DNA from: Escherichia coli
GTDB taxonomy: Bacteria; Pseudomonadota; Gammaproteobacteria; Enterobacterales; Enterobacteriaceae
DNA: 2,230 bases
Strand: one strand, 5' to 3'
NCBI RefSeq assembly: GCF_003334815.1
Contig: NZ_QOWO01000088.1
In this document: positions 1 through 2,230 of the stretch, one piece after another
Layout: every line of letters starts with the position of its first letter
Numbering within the stretch: position 1 is the first letter of the stretch
The notes under the pieces: generated by a model
Seen by the model: only the letters and a program-made list of their open reading frames with translations
Told to the model about the DNA's origin: nothing
The model's database searches: none
Program-made: the position numbers and the translations under genes

Positions 1-23
1 CTTTTCAAAAGGGTATTTTGGCT

Positions 24-52
24 TTGACATATTAGGGGCTATTCCATTTCAT
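24..52 (+). promoter_or_regulatory. Candidate sigma70 promoter upstream of yjiX: consensus -35 TTGACA (24..29), 17-bp spacer, weak -10 TTTCAT (47..52)
   Basis: Read directly from the sequence. The -35 is a perfect consensus hexamer but the -10 matches TATAAT at only 4 of 6 positions. This region may instead be the 3' end or intergenic tail of an upstream gene. No experimental basis. Confidence 0.2.
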
Positions 53-108
53 CGTCCAACAAAATGGGTGCAGTACACGGCGGGGCTTTGTTCTTATCAG
101 AGTGAACT

Positions 109-312
109 ATGTTTGGTAACTTAGGACAGGCAAAAAAATATCTCGGCCAGGCGGCGAAGATGTTGATTGGCATTCCAGACTACGACAACTACGTCGAGCA
201 TATGAAGACCAACCATCCCGACAAGCCGTACATGAGCTATGAAGAATTCTTCCGCGAACGCCAGAACGCACGCTACGGCGGCGATGGTAAAGGCGGTATG
301 CGCTGTTGTTAA
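109..312 (+). CDS. yjiX: Small DUF466-family protein (YjiX/YbdD-like, 67 aa), the type usually encoded next to a CstA/BtsT-family transporter gene
   Basis: ATG at 109 to TAA at 310..312, 67 aa. The translation ([67 protein letters not shown]) matches the short YjiX/YbdD family as I recall it, and it sits immediately upstream of yjiA as in E. coli. The Shine-Dalgarno sequence is weak (GAGTGA). Confidence 0.85.
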
Positions 313-322
313 TGGAGAGAGC

Positions 323-1279
323 ATGAACCCGATTGCAGTTACCCTACTCACCGGTTTTTTAGGCGCGGGCAAAACCACCCTGCTGCGCCATATTCTTAAC
401 GAACAACACGGCTACAAGATTGCCGTGATTGAAAACGAATTCGGCGAAGTCTCCGTTGATGATCAACTGATTGGCGACCGCGCCACGCAGATCAAAACGC
501 TGACCAACGGCTGCATCTGCTGTTCGCGCTCCAACGAGCTGGAAGACGCACTACTCGACCTGCTGGATAATCTCGACAAGGGCAATATTCAGTTCGACCG
601 TCTGGTCATTGAATGCACCGGCATGGCCGATCCCGGCCCGATTATTCAGACCTTTTTCTCCCATGAGATTTTATGCCAGCGCTACCTGCTGGACGGCGTG
701 ATTGCGCTGGTGGATGCGGTACATGCCGATGAGCAGATGAACCAGTTCACCATCGCCCAGTCCCAGGTTGGCTACGCCGACCGTATTCTGCTGACGAAAA
801 CCGACGTCGCAGGCGAAGCAGAGAAACTGCGTGAACGCCTGGCGCGCATCAACGCCCGCGCACCGGTCTACACCGTTACCCACGGCGATATCGACCTGGG
901 CCTTCTGTTCAACACCAACGGTTTTATGCTGGAAGAAAACGTCGTCAGCACCAAACCGCGTTTCCACTTTATCACGGACAAACAAAACGATATTTCGTCG
1001 ATTGTGGTGGAACTGGATTACCCGGTAGATATCAGCGAAGTTTCCCGGGTGATGGAAAACCTGCTGCTGGAGTCGGCGGATAAACTACTGCGTTACAAAG
1101 GGATGCTATGGATTGACGGCGAACCTAACCGCCTGCTATTCCAGGGCGTCCAACGCCTCTACAGCGCCGACTGGGACCGCCCGTGGGGCGATGAAAAACC
1201 GCATAGCACGATGGTGTTTATCGGGATTCAGTTGCCGGAGGAAGAGATTCGGGCAGCGTTTGCGGGGTTGAGGAAGTAA
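323..1279 (+). CDS. yjiA: COG0523/CobW-family P-loop GTPase (G3E-type putative metal chaperone), 318 aa
   Basis: ATG at 323 preceded by GGAGA (314..318); stop TAA at 1277..1279. Walker A motif GFLGAGKTT at residues 11-19 (nt 353..379). The family-defining CxCC metal-binding motif GCICC is at residues 63-67 (nt 509..523). Length and N-terminus (MNPIAVTLLTGFLGAGKTTLLRHIL...) fit E. coli YjiA. The ORF-track start at 239 is an upstream in-frame ATG inside yjiX and is rejected in favour of 323. Confidence 0.95.
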   Translation: MNPIAVTLLTGFLGAGKTTLLRHILNEQHGYKIAVIENEFGEVSVDDQLIGDRATQIKTLTNGCICCSRSNELEDALLDLLDNLDKGNIQFDRLVIECTGMADPGPIIQTFFSHEILCQRYLLDGVIALVDAVHADEQMNQFTIAQSQVGYADRILLTKTDVAGEAEKLRERLARINARAPVYTVTHGDIDLGLLFNTNGFMLEENVVSTKPRFHFITDKQNDISSIVVELDYPVDISEVSRVMENLLLESADKLLRYKGMLWIDGEPNRLLFQGVQRLYSADWDRPWGDEKPHSTMVFIGIQLPEEEIRAAFAGLRK

Positions 1280-1290
1280 TTTTGGATGAT

Positions 1291-1321
1291 GGCCGCCATG
1301 TGGCGGCCTGAATTATTTTTT
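1291..1321 (+). terminator. Putative intrinsic terminator after yjiA: stem GGCCGCC/GGCGGCC with ATGT loop (1291..1308), then a T6 tract (1316..1321)
   Basis: Perfect 7-bp GC-rich inverted repeat seen directly, 12 nt after the yjiA stop. The T-tract is separated from the stem by 7 nt (TGAATTA), which is suboptimal. It lies in the 33-bp gap between the convergent yjiA and brnA genes. Confidence 0.45.
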
Positions 1322-1615
1322 GTTCTGATCGCGCAGCATCGCTTCACGTAAAATTGCGTTCAGGCGAGTTTGATAGCCTTTACCTGGTCGCTTCAACCAT
1401 TCCATCACATCAGCATCAATACGCACCGAAGCCTGAGTTTTCAATGGCCGATAAAACTTACCGCGTTCGGCGTTAGACCATTGCTCATCGCTGGAAGGTG
1501 GGATATCACTGTAATCAATATCTTCGTCGGATTTATTCGCCAGCGCCTTCAGTTCGGCCTCATGCTGCACATCGAGTGTAGAGGAGGTCCCTCGTTTATG
1601 TTTAACCATGCTCAT
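1313..1615 (-). CDS. brnA: BrnA-family antitoxin (DUF4415, ribbon-helix-helix-type DNA-binding C-terminus), 100 aa
   Basis: ATG at 1615..1613 preceded by a strong Shine-Dalgarno sequence (AAGAGAGGA, 6 nt upstream on the minus strand); stop TAA at 1315..1313. The translation (MSMVKHKRGTSSTLDVQHEAELKALANKSDEDIDYSDIPPSSDEQWSNAERGKFYRPLKTQASVRIDADVMEWLKRPGKGYQTRLNAILREAMLRDQNKK) has the acidic D/E-rich middle and the GKGYQTR-N-LRE C-terminal signature I associate with BrnA. The 29-aa N-terminal extension in the ORF track (start 1702) is out-of-frame read-through across the brnT 3' end and is rejected. Confidence 0.8.
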   Translation of the reverse strand: MSMVKHKRGTSSTLDVQHEAELKALANKSDEDIDYSDIPPSSDEQWSNAERGKFYRPLKTQASVRIDADVMEWLKRPGKGYQTRLNAILREAMLRDQNKK

Positions 1616-1878
1616 AGCGATTCCTCTCTTTACGATCTGCTTTTCGTGCACTGATGATTCGAATAATTTCATTTCCGCTTTCGAAACGGATGGTATGCGC
1701 AACCAGAATAACCACGATGCCGTAATGTCTGCCAGCGATACTCACCGTTTTCTATGCGTTCTTGCTGTGACAAATGTTGTGGATCATCAAACAATAACAC
1801 CGCATCTTCAAAGCGGATGCCATGTTTCACCCGATTACTTTTGGCCTTGTTTTCATCCCATTCAAACTCCATTGGCAT
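1602..1878 (-). pseudogene. brnT: BrnT-family toxin (DUF497, RelE-like fold ribonuclease toxin) disrupted by an apparent +1 frameshift near 1722
   Basis: The N-terminal half (MPMEFEWDENKAKSNRVKHGIRFEDAVLLFDDPQHLSQQERIENGEYRWQTL) reads in the frame of the 1669..1905 ORF. The conserved C-terminal half (GIVVILVAHTIRFESGNEIIRIISARKADRKERNRYEHG, stop TAA at 1604..1602) is in a different frame that has no start codon. Removing one base around 1722 (minus-strand ACATTA-C-GGCATC) would join them into one 91-aa ORF of typical BrnT size. The reconstructed 3' end overlaps the brnA start by 14 nt, the usual toxin-first brnTA layout. The start is ambiguous: ATG at 1878 (preferred, with GGGATGG 5 nt upstream), 1887 or 1872. 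Confidence 0.6.
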
Positions 1879-1893
1879 AATTGCCATCCCTAA

Positions 1894-1905
1894 TTGTATA
1901 TACAA
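1894..1905. promoter_or_regulatory. Perfect 12-bp palindrome TTGTATATACAA just upstream of the brnT start; candidate operator for the BrnA/BrnTA repressor
   Basis: Exact self-complementarity seen directly in the sequence. It lies 16 nt upstream of the preferred brnT start codon in the AT-rich leader. Ribbon-helix-helix antitoxins typically autoregulate through palindromic operators. Function is inferred, not shown. Confidence 0.3.
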
Positions 1906-1960
1906 AAATGTATCTACAATTATTCTGCAATTATAGCGTTGATGTTGGAAATAGCATCAC
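1906..1960 (-). promoter_or_regulatory. Candidate brnTA promoter region: consensus -10 TATAAT on the minus strand (1935..1930) with a poor -35; direct repeat CAATTAT at 1917..1923 and 1928..1934
   Basis: Hexamer and repeats read directly. The -35 match is weak (ATGCTA at 16-bp spacing). An alternative pair, TTGTAG/TACAAT, overlaps the palindrome at 15-bp spacing. Promoter assignment is tentative. Confidence 0.2.
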
Positions 1961-1992
1961 GTTTCGAATAATCAACCATGAAATTGACAATG

Positions 1993-2003
1993 AGTAAGTT
2001 GGA
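1993..2003. repeat. 11-nt inverted copy of the IS1 terminal-repeat core (AGTAAGTTGGA, reverse complement of TCCAACTTACT at 2071..2081)
   Basis: Exact 11-mer reverse-complement match seen in the sequence, 58 bp outside the IS1 terminus. It could be a relic of a second, inverted IS1 end or a chance match; 11 nt is short. Confidence 0.3.
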
Positions 2004-2061
2004 CTTGATTCATCCAATAGAATTTCTCGCCTGACATGGCACACTAAACACCTCGCTGTCG

Positions 2062-2084
2062 GGTAATGACTCCAACTTACTGAT
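2062..2084. repeat. IS1 terminal inverted repeat (GGTAATGACTCCAACTTACTGAT)
   Basis: Matches the recalled canonical IS1 right inverted repeat (GGTAATGACTCCAACTTATTGAT) with one substitution (T to C at 2080). This marks the IS/chromosome junction at 2061/2062. Confidence 0.85.
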
Positions 2085-2230
2085 AGTGTTTTATGTTCAG
2101 ATAATGCCCGATGACCTTGTCATGCAGCTCCACCGATTTTGAGAACGACAGTGACTTCCGTCCCAGCCTTGCCAGATGTTGTCTCAGATTCAGATTATGT
2201 CGCTCAATGCGCTGAGTGTAACGCTTGCTG
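2077..2230 (-). CDS. insB: IS1 transposase InsB, C-terminal 50 codons (partial; 5' end lies beyond the window)
   Basis: Minus-strand translation in from the window edge gives ...[50 protein letters not shown], with stop TAA at 2079..2077 inside the terminal repeat, as in IS1. It is absent from the ORF track because it has no in-window start codon. Confidence 0.85.

Larger units (their letters stand above)
2062..2230 (-). mobile_element. IS1-family insertion sequence, insB-proximal (right) end; the element continues beyond the window edge
   Basis: From 2062 the sequence (GGTAATGACTCCAACTTACTGATAGTGTTTTATGTTCAGATAATGCCCGATGAC...) matches my recollection of the canonical IS1 right terminus, with scattered substitutions. 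The minus-strand translation gives the InsB C-terminus. Only about 169 bp of the roughly 768-bp element are in the window. Confidence 0.9.

Noticed and set aside
1-33. Open frames at the window start that could be the 3' end of an upstream CstA/BtsT-family transporter gene (frame-3 stop at 31..33)
   Set aside because: I cannot recall the C-terminal sequence of that protein well enough to confirm it, and about 30 nt is too short to judge. Left unannotated.
239-322. ORF-track start of the long plus ORF at 239, giving a 28-aa N-terminal extension of YjiA ([28 protein letters not shown]...)
   Set aside because: This ATG lies inside yjiX in another frame. The true start is the ATG at 323, which has a GGAGA Shine-Dalgarno sequence and gives the expected 318-aa protein beginning MNPIAV.
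121-378. 85-aa minus-strand ORF antisense to yjiX and the yjiA 5' end
   Set aside because: Entirely antisense to two well-supported genes, with no recognisable motifs; typical spurious antisense ORF.
671-1028. Minus-strand 104-aa ORF (671..985) and plus-strand out-of-frame 65-aa ORF (831..1028) inside yjiA
   Set aside because: Both are embedded in the yjiA coding region in other frames or strand, have no family resemblance and no ribosome-binding site; artefacts of GC-rich coding sequence.
1616-1702. N-terminal 29 residues of the 129-aa minus ORF (MRIPSVSKAEMKLFESSVHEKQIVKRGIA), as if BrnA started at 1702
   Set aside because: This stretch is the brnT 3' region read out of frame. The ATG at 1615 has a strong Shine-Dalgarno sequence and gives a 100-aa BrnA of typical size.
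1722-1722. Programmed ribosomal frameshifting as an explanation for the brnT frame switch
   Set aside because: There is no slippery heptamer or downstream structure at the switch point, and BrnT homologues are single-ORF proteins. A mutation or sequencing indel is far more likely.
1885-1905. TTG start at 1905 used by the ORF track for the 78-aa BrnT ORF (MYIQLGMAIMPMEFEW...)
   Set aside because: The TTG lies inside the leader palindrome with no Shine-Dalgarno sequence. BrnT family proteins begin close to the FEWDE motif, so the ATG at 1878 (or 1887 or 1872) is more plausible.
1370-1936. Plus-strand ORFs 1370..1654 (94 aa), 1608..1880 (90 aa) and 1754..1936 (60 aa)
   Set aside because: All are antisense to brnA or brnT, with low-complexity or unrecognisable translations and no ribosome-binding sites; likely non-coding.
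1978-2034. 18-codon plus-strand ORF (MKLTMSKLDLIHPIEFLA) in the spacer between brnT and IS1
   Set aside because: No Shine-Dalgarno sequence, very short and no recognisable features. It is kept in mind only because it overlaps the IS1 repeat-like 11-mer; evidence is insufficient to call a gene.

Overview
This window looks like an Enterobacteriaceae (E. coli-like) chromosomal segment with four parts. (1) Plus strand, a conserved pair: the small DUF466 gene yjiX (109..312) and the COG0523/CobW-family metal-chaperone GTPase yjiA (323..1279), followed by a GC-rich hairpin. (2) Convergent on the minus strand, a toxin-first brnT/brnA type II toxin-antitoxin cassette. The antitoxin brnA (1615..1313) is intact, but the toxin brnT is split across two reading frames by an apparent 1-nt frameshift near 1722. 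(3) An AT-rich leader at 1888..1960 holding a perfect 12-bp palindrome and promoter-like hexamers. (4) From 2062 to the window edge, the insB-proximal end of an IS1-family insertion sequence, with a partial insB on the minus strand. A short inverted copy of the IS1 terminal repeat core sits about 60 bp outside the IS terminus. No rRNA, tRNA or CRISPR array is visible. All family assignments rest on reading the translations and on recalled family signatures; no database search was run.
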